This document shows, piece after piece, positions 56,029 through 64,000 of a stretch of DNA of 64,000 bases (position 1 is its first letter; each line of letters starts with the position of its first letter). Under the pieces are notes generated by a model that had not been told where the DNA came from, did not search any database, and saw only the letters and a program-made list of their open reading frames with translations. Source of the DNA: an uncultured Pseudomonadales bacterium (lineage in GTDB: Bacteria > Patescibacteriota > Microgenomatia > UBA1400 > PJMF01); NCBI GenBank assembly GCA_964455555.1, contig CAYVXV010000001.1, positions 149,096 through 213,095 of the forward strand, in the 5' to 3' direction. Position numbers and translations under genes: made by a program.

Positions 56029-56559
56029 ATGAAACGCATTAACCGGATCTTTTTAACACAGCTTATTTTTCCCTTAATTTATGGGTTGGTTTTTTATTTC
56101 TTTTCTGCAATAGAAGAACCCAATCCGGTGCTTTCCCTATTTTTATTTACTGCTGGCCTATACATTGGACAAGCAATTTTATGGCTGGATGCCAAATGGT
56201 TTTACCAGTATTACAATCCTCCCAGTGATGTTGAGCCCTTAACTGCTGAAACAGAAGAACTGCCGCCCACTTCGGATATACCGGAGCTGATAACCCGCTC
56301 ACTGCTATTTATGCTGTCACTTATTCCTTTGAGTATCTACATTCTGACCTCGACCGGCAGTACTCTGGGTGTAGGTGTATTGCTGGGTATTTTAGTGGGT
56401 TTGTCTATTGAAATAATTGTCCTGAAAAACGACCTACTGTTATTTCAACAGCACTTTTTCTTCCAGCTTAGGCGGGTGGCTTCAGAAAAAGAAACTGACC
56501 GCTTCATTTATGGCTTTGTCATATTTACTGCTTTGGTGAGTGCTGTGGTATTACTCTAG
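56029..56559 (+). CDS. hypothetical membrane protein
   Basis: Four hydrophobic helices. Confidence 0.35.
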   Translation: MKRINRIFLTQLIFPLIYGLVFYFFSAIEEPNPVLSLFLFTAGLYIGQAILWLDAKWFYQYYNPPSDVEPLTAETEELPPTSDIPELITRSLLFMLSLIPLSIYILTSTGSTLGVGVLLGILVGLSIEIIVLKNDLLLFQQHFFFQLRRVASEKETDRFIYGFVIFTALVSAVVLL

Positions 56560-56565
56560 GTTCTT

Positions 56566-57846
56566 ATGGAAATTGCCATTTTCGGTATTACTTTTCACCT
56601 TTATGGCTTAATTATTGGTGTGGCGGCGGTTGTTGCCTTATTGTTGATTGAGTACCGCGCTAAGCTGCATGGCATTTCAGCGAGGTGTGTTTGGACCGCC
56701 GCCGCCGCTGTTGTTGGCGGTGGGGTAATAGCTGCCAGGCTTTGGCACATTGCTACAGACTTTCAGCTTTATGGCAAGATTAGCCCGAACATGCTTTTTA
56801 CTTGGCAGGGAGGGCTGAGCATTATCGGTGGAGTAGTTGGGGGAATATTAGTTTTGGCATTTGGACTGAAGTATTTATCTGCCTGCAAAGGCGTCTCACG
56901 CTTAGTGTTGGCAGATTTGGCAATTTTTGGTTTGCCGGTGGCTCAAGCCATTGGTCGGCTTGGCAATTTTGCCAATCAGGAGCTTTATGGTTTGCCAACT
57001 GCATTGCCTTGGAAACTTTACATTTCTCCCGAGAGGCGCCCGCCTGGTTTTGAGAACTCGGAATATTTTCACCCCCTATTTGCTTATGAGATGGCCTTTA
57101 CCGGTTTATTTGCTCTTGGCGTATGGTGGTATGACCGTAAATATTTGTCCGCATCAGAGCGGAAGCAAAGAATTGGGAAGGGAACTTATTTCTTGGTATA
57201 TCTGGCTTATTACAGTGCAGTTAGATTTGGCTTAGACTTTTTTAGAATCGATAAAACAATCGCAGCCGGCACCGGGCTGGGTATTAATCAACTTGCACTG
57301 GTTCTGGGCCTAGCTGTTATTGCCTTTGCTGCCTACCGGTTAAAACTATTAAAAAGAACTCAGACCACAGCAGCTGCAGCCTTAATTATTATCGGTTTAG
57401 TCATTTATTCTGTTGTATTTATCAGGCTAAATAATCTCAGCAGCACCCCAAATGTGGAACAGGCAGTAGTGCAGGAAAATCTTAGAGAAATAGTTGTTGG
57501 TTCTAATACTTTAACAGTAGAGTTGGTAGATTCACCAGAAACACTTAGCCGGGGATTGGGGTACAGGGATGAAATTGGCAGTGACGGCATGCTTTTCTTG
57601 CTTCCCGAACGAAAAACACCGGTATTTTGGATGAAGGGAATGAGGTTTGCCATCGATATTGTTTGGATTGATGCTGGTGCGGTAGTTGAAATCACCCGCA
57701 ATATTCCCAACCCTCCATCTGACAAGTTGCCGGATAAAAATTTGCCCCGTTATTCTCCTAGCACACTGGTTATGATGGTGCTCGAATTGCCTGCCGGTGA
57801 GGCGGAGAGGCTGGGTATAAAAATCGGAGACCAAGTCTCTTGGTGA
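56566..57846 (+). CDS. lgt: prolipoprotein diacylglyceryl transferase fused to a C-terminal DUF192 (COG1430) domain
   Basis: Lgt signature 'AQAIGRLGNFANQELYG'; C-terminal 'RGLGYRDEIGSDGMLFLLPERKTPVFWMKGMRFAIDIVWIDAGAVV...LELPAGEAERLGIKIGDQV' matches DUF192. Confidence 0.85.
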   Translation: MEIAIFGITFHLYGLIIGVAAVVALLLIEYRAKLHGISARCVWTAAAAVVGGGVIAARLWHIATDFQLYGKISPNMLFTWQGGLSIIGGVVGGILVLAFGLKYLSACKGVSRLVLADLAIFGLPVAQAIGRLGNFANQELYGLPTALPWKLYISPERRPPGFENSEYFHPLFAYEMAFTGLFALGVWWYDRKYLSASERKQRIGKGTYFLVYLAYYSAVRFGLDFFRIDKTIAAGTGLGINQLALVLGLAVIAFAAYRLKLLKRTQTTAAAALIIIGLVIYSVVFIRLNNLSSTPNVEQAVVQENLREIVVGSNTLTVELVDSPETLSRGLGYRDEIGSDGMLFLLPERKTPVFWMKGMRFAIDIVWIDAGAVVEITRNIPNPPSDKLPDKNLPRYSPSTLVMMVLELPAGEAERLGIKIGDQVSW

Positions 57847-57880
57847 ACCCTTCCAGAGATGGTATCATAAGGGATAGTTC

Positions 57881-58594
57881 ATGAACGACACTGCCCAAAC
57901 CTCTTCCAGCATGATGGACAGGCTGAAAAGTTCCTTTTCTCCTGGACAACCGTCAGCAAGCGACCATCAAACCAATAATGGAGGGGCTAGCACGCAACCT
58001 TTTCCACCAACTGCAACCGAGACCTTAGACAAGCAAACACCACCTTCTAGTCTTTCCGACAATGATAAGCTAGACATTTTCAATGAGGTATTAGATCAAG
58101 TTGAAAGCCAATCGGCGGGCGATTCTCTTCACGCTGATTCCGGCCAAGATCCTTCAATGCTCCGCCAAGCGTTGCCCCAAGCTGTGGATTATGCAACTGA
58201 TACTCTAAACCCTGCCTACACCTCAAGATCTGGAGCCAAAGAAGCAATAGATGGCGGTTCATCCATAGATCAGGGAATTGCCGAAACTCCAGGATTGCAA
58301 TATGTGGAGACAGAGAAAAATCCTGAAATTCCGGTAGAAGTGGAAGGTTTTATCAAAAGAGTAGAAAGCCAGTCACAAGACAATCCTCCGGAGATTATAA
58401 TTGCCGATGGCAGCGGTGAATCAGATGCGGTTGATTATCCCAGCCGGCCGGTTATTGTTTTGCCGATTACTGAAGAAATTGAAGATCAAGGCCTAAAAAA
58501 GGGCCCGGCTTATAGTGTCCGTTGGCTGGTTGAGTGGAGTCATAAAATTATTAAGATGTTTGCAGGCAAAGTTGTTTACAAAACAGATAGCTAG
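57881..58594 (+). CDS. hypothetical acidic, S/T/Q-rich protein immediately upstream of the coupling ATPase
   Basis: ORF only. Confidence 0.35.
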   Translation: MNDTAQTSSSMMDRLKSSFSPGQPSASDHQTNNGGASTQPFPPTATETLDKQTPPSSLSDNDKLDIFNEVLDQVESQSAGDSLHADSGQDPSMLRQALPQAVDYATDTLNPAYTSRSGAKEAIDGGSSIDQGIAETPGLQYVETEKNPEIPVEVEGFIKRVESQSQDNPPEIIIADGSGESDAVDYPSRPVIVLPITEEIEDQGLKKGPAYSVRWLVEWSHKIIKMFAGKVVYKTDS

Positions 58595-58629
58595 CCGATA
58601 TATACTAGTATCATGCCTGCGCAATTATT

Positions 58630-60969
58630 ATGAGAAATCTTGCAGAAATAAATCTAGCCAGCACCGGCCTTCAGCTGATAACCAGCCTGGTTATGCTGTT
58701 ATTGGTGATAGCGGTCTTGGCTGTTTTTGGCTACATGCTGTTTCAATGGTGGAAACACCGCAATCGAGAAAAATATGCCCTGAACTTTGTTACTTTGTTG
58801 GTCCGGTTGCCTAGGGATAGTGAAATTAAAATTGATGCTGCCGAACAGTTGTTTGCCGGCCTTCACTCCCTCAAGAAAAGCGGCTTTTTTGCTTGGGCTA
58901 AACCGGAAGATGTCTTTGCCTTTGAAATTGTTGCCTTGAAGGAAGAGTTGTCATTTTATGTAAGTTGTTCGCGCAAAATAAGGGATTTAGTAGAAAAGCA
59001 GGTTCACGGCGCCTATCCTAATGCTGATATCAAAGAGGTAGACGAAGTCAATATTTTCAATGAAAAAGGCCGGGTAGAATTTTCTTCGCTTAAATTGGAC
59101 AAGGCCAACTATTTCCCGATTAAGACATATAAAGACTTACCGACTGACGGTTTATCTCTGATTACTTCAGCATTATCCAAAATGAATACCGGAGAAGGCG
59201 CCATCCTGCAGATTTTGCTGCACCCGGAGGGCAGCAAATGGAAAAAACAAGGCAGAAAATATGTTTCCGGGGAAAAGAAGCGCGAATCCGATCCGGAAAA
59301 GGCTACTTATGCCCATGACCCCAAAGAAATGGAGAATGTTGGTAACAAGGTTGAAAAACCCGGTTTCAGAATTTCCCTGAGAATTGTTGTTTCTGCTCCG
59401 GAGCAATATCAAGCAGAGGCGCACTTGAACAATATTAAAGGTGCTTTTGCTCAATTTACTTCTGCCTACAATTCTTTCAAAAGGGGAAGAATTTTCTTTA
59501 AACATCTGTTCATGATTGATTTTATTTACCGGTACATGCCGCTGTTAAACCGAAATACCTTTATTTTAAATACTGAAGAATTGGCCACGGTTTTCCATTT
59601 TCCCAATAAAACAGTGGAGACTCATCATATCCGCTGGCTCAATGCTAAAAACGCACCTGCACCGCAAGAAATTCCTACAGAAGGCCTGTATTTGGGGACT
59701 TCAAATTATCGTGGGGAAAAGAGGAAAATATTTATCTCCGATGATGACCGTCGCCGGCACATGTACATTGTTGGAAAGACCGGTACAGGAAAATCAGAGT
59801 TCCTCAAGGAAATGATTCTTCAGGATATAGAGGCAGGCAAAGGTGTTTGTGCCATTGACCCCCATGGAGAATTTGTTGAGGATATTTTGCAACTGATGCC
59901 GCCAGAGCGGGCTGATGATGTGATTTACTTTAACCCCTCAGATTTAGTGCGGCCGATGGGGCTGAATATGATGGAGGCTGAGACCGAGGAACAACGCCAT
60001 TTTGTGGTCAGTTCAGTTATTGGCCTTATGTATAAGTTGTATGACCCGCACCGGACAGGTATTATCGGACCTCGGTTTGAACACGCAATCCGCAACGCCA
60101 TGTTAACGATAATGTATGTAAAAGGCACTACTTTTGTGGAATTGGTGCGGATTTTGACTGACTCCAAATATGTTGAAGAACTGCTGCCATATGTCAAAGA
60201 TCCGGTGGTCAGGCGATACTGGACTGATCAAATTGCCCAGACATCCGATTTCCATAAATCAGAGGTTTTGGACTATATTGTCTCAAAATTTGGAAGGTTT
60301 GTGACCAATAAGACCATGCGCAACATCATTGGCCAGCCTCAAAGCGCCTTCAGTTTCCGCCAAGCTATGGATGAGCAGAAGATTGTTTTATGCAACCTCT
60401 CTAAAGGAATTTTGGGCGAAGAGGATGCAAAATTCCTAGGTTTGATTTTGGTCCCCAAGGTGCTCACCGCTGCCATGAGCCGTCAGGATATGGCTATGTC
60501 AGAGCGCAAGGATTTTTATCTTTACGTAGACGAGTTTCAAAACTATGCCACTGAAGATTTTGCCGTGATTTTGTCGGAGGCAAGGAAGTACCGCCTTAAC
60601 CTAATTGTGGCCAATCAGTTTGTTTCCCAAATTGATGAAGAAGTGAAAAACGCAGTTTTTGGCAATGTCGGCACTATGGTATCTTTCCGGGTTGGTGTGC
60701 CCGATGCCAACTTCCTTCAGCATGAATATGCCCCGACCTTCAATGAAACTGACCTGACCAATATTGAAAAATACCATGTTTACATCAACACCATCGTAAA
60801 TAATGAGCCAGTGCCGCCCTTCAGCATGTCGCTTTATAAAGACATGGACAAGGTTAAAGCCAGGATGAACCCAAGGCAAGCGGAGATGATTAAACAGCTT
60901 TCACGCTTGAAGTACGGTAAAGACCGGGACATGATTGAGGCGGAAATTAAGAGCCGCTCAAACCTATAA
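58630..60969 (+). CDS. type IV coupling protein-like ATPase (VirD4/TraG/TraD family; FtsK/HerA-like alternative not excluded)
   Basis: N-terminal membrane helix 'LQLITSLVMLLLVIAVLAVFGYMLFQWW'; Walker A 'HMYIVGKTGTGKSE'; Walker B 'FYLYVDEFQNYA'. Confidence 0.75.
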   Translation: MRNLAEINLASTGLQLITSLVMLLLVIAVLAVFGYMLFQWWKHRNREKYALNFVTLLVRLPRDSEIKIDAAEQLFAGLHSLKKSGFFAWAKPEDVFAFEIVALKEELSFYVSCSRKIRDLVEKQVHGAYPNADIKEVDEVNIFNEKGRVEFSSLKLDKANYFPIKTYKDLPTDGLSLITSALSKMNTGEGAILQILLHPEGSKWKKQGRKYVSGEKKRESDPEKATYAHDPKEMENVGNKVEKPGFRISLRIVVSAPEQYQAEAHLNNIKGAFAQFTSAYNSFKRGRIFFKHLFMIDFIYRYMPLLNRNTFILNTEELATVFHFPNKTVETHHIRWLNAKNAPAPQEIPTEGLYLGTSNYRGEKRKIFISDDDRRRHMYIVGKTGTGKSEFLKEMILQDIEAGKGVCAIDPHGEFVEDILQLMPPERADDVIYFNPSDLVRPMGLNMMEAETEEQRHFVVSSVIGLMYKLYDPHRTGIIGPRFEHAIRNAMLTIMYVKGTTFVELVRILTDSKYVEELLPYVKDPVVRRYWTDQIAQTSDFHKSEVLDYIVSKFGRFVTNKTMRNIIGQPQSAFSFRQAMDEQKIVLCNLSKGILGEEDAKFLGLILVPKVLTAAMSRQDMAMSERKDFYLYVDEFQNYATEDFAVILSEARKYRLNLIVANQFVSQIDEEVKNAVFGNVGTMVSFRVGVPDANFLQHEYAPTFNETDLTNIEKYHVYINTIVNNEPVPPFSMSLYKDMDKVKARMNPRQAEMIKQLSRLKYGKDRDMIEAEIKSRSNL

Positions 60970-60987
60970 ATTGGTTTGCTGAATTTT

Positions 60988-61341
60988 CTAATTTGCTTCT
61001 CTAGATTCGTAATCTTCAACTACTTGTTGGCAGTAGATGTAGCGGCCATAGTCTATGGCTCTTTCATGGATTGGCTGCTTCTCTTCATTAACCTCTATAG
61101 TAGACCCCAAAACGTTTTGGGCATGCTCGCCAACCTCTTTGCTCCGCTCAGAGATAATTTTCAGTTCCTCGGAAGCGGTGCTGGTAAATTTTTCCAGTTC
61201 TGCCTGGTCCAGCTGAAAAACAGTTTCTGAAAAGGGCAGCTGGGTTAACATTTCTGGGTTAACTTTAAGCAGGTAATATCCTGCTGCAATGATTAGAAAA
61301 ATCACTAGGAGGAGGATTTTAACAACCTTCATTATTTTCAT
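60988..61341 (-). CDS. hypothetical N-terminally anchored small protein
   Basis: 'VVKILLLVIFLIIAAGYYLL' TM helix; ORF only. Confidence 0.3.
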   Translation of the reverse strand: MKIMKVVKILLLVIFLIIAAGYYLLKVNPEMLTQLPFSETVFQLDQAELEKFTSTASEELKIISERSKEVGEHAQNVLGSTIEVNEEKQPIHERAIDYGRYIYCQQVVEDYESREAN

Positions 61342-61370
61342 AAGTAAACTTAGTATAGCCTATGGTGAAA

Positions 61371-62585
61371 TTATTCGTAACGGAGGGCTTCGATCGGGGA
61401 AAGCTTGGCAGCTTTGTTGGCCGGTGCCGCTCCGAATATCAGCCCGACAATAGTTGAGACGCTAAAAGCTAAAATTACCGCCTGGGTGGTAACAGTTGCC
61501 GGGAAGTAAGCCTTCAATACTTGCACTCCTCCAAAAGCAATCAGCAAACCAATTAAACCTCCGATCACTGATAGCAGGGCAGCCTCAATCAAAAATTGAA
61601 GCAGGATCATCCTGGGAGTTGCTCCCAAGGCTTTTCTAAGGCCGATTTCCCGTGTTCTTTCAGTAACAGAGACCAGCATTATGTTCATAATGCCTATGCC
61701 TCCTACAACTAGGGAGATGGCTGCAATGCCACCTAATCCGGTAGTTAGTGCTCCGAGAATTTGATTGATGGTATCAAGAAGTTGAGTTTGGTCAAAAACG
61801 GAAAAGTCATTTTCATTTATGTCCTGAATTAAAATATTCTCAATTGCAGCTTTGGCCGCTACCAAGTCTTCCTGAGAATTGACTTCAAAGATAAATGAAT
61901 CAATAAAATTAGCGTCAAAATGTCTGAAAGCTGTTTCCAGAGGCACATAAATATAATTGTCAAAACTCGGGCCGCCAAAGCCGCCCCCCTTTGGTTCCAG
62001 CACTCCAAGTACGGTGTAGTTTTGCCCATTTAGTTTCATTTGTTTATTTACGGGGTCAACTCTGCCAAAAAGCTCCTCTGCTATTTCCGGTCCAAGCAGA
62101 ACAACCCGTTCGCCGCTCAATTCCTCGCTGCGCGTAAACCATCTGCCGGCTTCTGCCTTGGTATTCTGCACATTTTCGTAAGCCGGCATGACACCGTATA
62201 GGGTCACTTTTTTGGTATTTTCTCCAAACTTAGCCTCTGCTATAGCAACTGTAGTGGCAGTTCCGCTTGAAAGGAGGTCGCGGTGGTTGCGCATAATGCG
62301 GTCAAATTGCTGCCTTTTTAAGGTTGGCCGGGTTGATTCAATAAAAGCCTGTTCTTGATTGCCAAAGCCGCCTTCTTCGCCAAAGGGGTTGCCAGGAACC
62401 ACATAAAGTGTATTGGTGCCGAGGTTGGCAAACTGTTCAGAGACATATGCTTGCAGTCCCGTGCCGATGCCCGTAAGCATAACCACTGAGGCAACGCCTA
62501 TGATTACACCAAGCATAGTCAAAAATGACCTCACTTTGTTGAGCATAATCGATTTGATGGCTAGTGAAAAAATTGCACTGGTCAT
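61371..62585 (-). CDS. ABC transporter permease, FtsX/MacB family
   Basis: N-terminal TM, large periplasmic domain, C-terminal FtsX-like 3-TM bundle 'REIGLRKALGATPRMILLQFLIEAALL'. Confidence 0.85.
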   Translation of the reverse strand: MTSAIFSLAIKSIMLNKVRSFLTMLGVIIGVASVVMLTGIGTGLQAYVSEQFANLGTNTLYVVPGNPFGEEGGFGNQEQAFIESTRPTLKRQQFDRIMRNHRDLLSSGTATTVAIAEAKFGENTKKVTLYGVMPAYENVQNTKAEAGRWFTRSEELSGERVVLLGPEIAEELFGRVDPVNKQMKLNGQNYTVLGVLEPKGGGFGGPSFDNYIYVPLETAFRHFDANFIDSFIFEVNSQEDLVAAKAAIENILIQDINENDFSVFDQTQLLDTINQILGALTTGLGGIAAISLVVGGIGIMNIMLVSVTERTREIGLRKALGATPRMILLQFLIEAALLSVIGGLIGLLIAFGGVQVLKAYFPATVTTQAVILAFSVSTIVGLIFGAAPANKAAKLSPIEALRYE

Positions 62586-63280
62586 TTTACTTTGCGCCTT
62601 TTCTTTTTTCTGGTGTCGCTGACAATTTTGCCGTCTTTAAAGACTATCTTTCTATTTGCTATAGCAGCGACATAGTCTTCATGAGTTACCATAATTATTG
62701 TTTTGCCTTCATTGTGAAGATTAATTAAAAGCTTTTGAATTTCTTTGCCGCTTTTAGAATCAAGGTTGCCGGTTGGTTCATCTGCAAAAATAATAGAAGG
62801 GTTATTAACCAGGGCCCTGGCTATTGCTACGCGCTGTTGTTGACCCCCTGAAAGTTGGGCTGGAGCATTATTAAGCCGATCTCCTAATCCGACTTTATCA
62901 AGCATTTCTTTAGCCAGTTTCTGCTGCACAGAATGGCTTTTTCTGGCATAAATTAGGGGAAGGGCAACATTGTCGAGTGCAGAGGTCCTGGGAAGCAAAT
63001 TAAACTGCTGAAAAACGAAACCTATTTCCTGATTTCGTAGCCTTGCCCGCTCAACTTCATCATAATTAGTTACATTTTTTCCCTTGAGGAATATTTGACC
63101 TTTGGTTGGTTCAGCTAAGATACTGGCAACTTGCAAAAAAGTTGATTTGCCGGAGCCTGACGGGCCCATTACCGACAAAAACTCACCTTCTTCAACTTCA
63201 AGTGAAATATGATCAAGTGCTTTGATGGTAGAGCCTCCAAGCGCATAGTGTTTGGAAACATCCTTGAGTTTTAAAAGCAT
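62582..63280 (-). CDS. ABC transporter ATP-binding protein (MacB/LolD-like)
   Basis: Walker A 'GPSGSGKST', signature 'LSGGQQQRVAIARAL', Walker B 'IIFADEPTGNLD'. Confidence 0.9.
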   Translation of the reverse strand: MLLKLKDVSKHYALGGSTIKALDHISLEVEEGEFLSVMGPSGSGKSTFLQVASILAEPTKGQIFLKGKNVTNYDEVERARLRNQEIGFVFQQFNLLPRTSALDNVALPLIYARKSHSVQQKLAKEMLDKVGLGDRLNNAPAQLSGGQQQRVAIARALVNNPSIIFADEPTGNLDSKSGKEIQKLLINLHNEGKTIIMVTHEDYVAAIANRKIVFKDGKIVSDTRKKKRRKVK

Positions 63281-63288
63281 TTAGAACC

Positions 63289-64000
63289 TTAATCCGGAAT
63301 CAACACCCAGTCTTCCTCTGAAAGCCCGCTGACAACCTCCACCAATTCATCGGTTTGCAAGCCCAAAACTATTTCGCGTTCCTCGAGTTGATTGTCTCCT
63401 GTTTTCACATCTACGTAAACCTTGCTGCCTCGTTCCCGGGTGGCAATAAGGGGGATTGTCAGGGCATCATCTTTGCTGTCCAGCTCAATTCTGACATCTC
63501 CGTTCATGCCAATCCTAAAGGTGTTGATATCGGGGTTTAAGATAGGTAGTTCAACCAGGAAAACAGTGCCTGTGGCTGTGCTGCTGCTGGTAAAGGAAAC
63601 ATAACTTACCTCTGAGTTAAATTCAGTGCCGCGGTACGCATCCAGCTCAATCGTTGCCCTTTGCCCAGTCAGTACTTCTGCAATATCTGTCTCATCAACG
63701 GCCGCTCTAAAAACCAAGGTATTGGGATTAACAATTTCAAAATAATCAGTTGGTGCAAGCTGAACTCCTGCGACCGAAGCTGGGGCAGCAGTCAACACTC
63801 CGGCAAATGGGGCATAAACCACTGTGTCACTGATAGAAATTTGCTGAATTTCCACGTCCAAAACAGAATTATTAAGCCTGAACTGCTCTTGTTCGACTGC
63901 CCGTCGTTCATTGTCATCAAGGCTTTCGCCCTCAATGTTGTCCTGGGTTGTTTCCCAATTCCAGCGTTCAATTAAGTAGTTGTTGAGGGTTTTTTCCTGT
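63289..64000 (-). CDS. HlyD/MacA-family periplasmic adaptor (membrane fusion protein), C-terminal part; gene continues beyond window end
   Basis: Frame stays open to nt 64000; beta-barrel/MP-domain pattern 'VEIVNPNTLVFRAAVDETDIAEV...RATIELDAYRG'; forms an operon with the ABC ATPase and permease. Confidence 0.7.
   Translation of the reverse strand, partial: QEKTLNNYLIERWNWETTQDNIEGESLDDNERRAVEQEQFRLNNSVLDVEIQQISISDTVVYAPFAGVLTAAPASVAGVQLAPTDYFEIVNPNTLVFRAAVDETDIAEVLTGQRATIELDAYRGTEFNSEVSYVSFTSSSTATGTVFLVELPILNPDINTFRIGMNGDVRIELDSKDDALTIPLIATRERGSKVYVDVKTGDNQLEEREIVLGLQTDELVEVVSGLSEEDWVLIPD

Overview
This window reads as a chromosomal segment from a small-genome bacterium. The gene content points to a CPR/Patescibacteria-like organism (inference: a DUF4012 giant protein, an ATP-dependent DNA ligase, huge secreted cell-wall enzymes, many small signal-peptide proteins, P/T/Q-rich tails). 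It covers the replication-origin neighbourhood in an unusual co-directional order on the minus strand: dnaA, a DnaA-box intergenic region, dnaN, rpmH, rnpA, yidD, yidC, jag, rnhA. A perfect inverted pair of DnaA boxes lies between dnaA and dnaN. Interleaved housekeeping genes include a partial valS, rplY, idi with two mevalonate-pathway genes and uppS, recF, nnrD, pth, lgt, an ATP-dependent ligase, fic, two GT2 glycosyltransferases, a GH3 hydrolase and a MacAB-like ABC exporter. The most interesting content is a dispersed, Gram-positive/CPR-style type IV secretion-like apparatus. It comprises a VirB4 ATPase that appears split into two ORFs, a VirB3-like 2-TM protein, a VirB6/TrbL-like polytopic protein, two giant peptidoglycan-remodelling proteins (M23 plus phosphodiester-glycosidase-like; GH5-like plus SLT), and a VirD4-like coupling ATPase. 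There are also 11 paralogous VirB2/TrbC-like pilin genes, 9 of them in tandem, sharing a conserved C-terminal two-helix 'WITSGGD' module behind highly variable signal-peptide ectodomains. One of these is fused to a roughly 330-aa Cys-rich domain. An ECF sigma factor lies divergent from the pilin array. No relaxase, integrase, transposase, tRNA, rRNA or CRISPR array was detected, so this looks like a resident chromosomal machine (DNA uptake or host contact) rather than a conjugative element.
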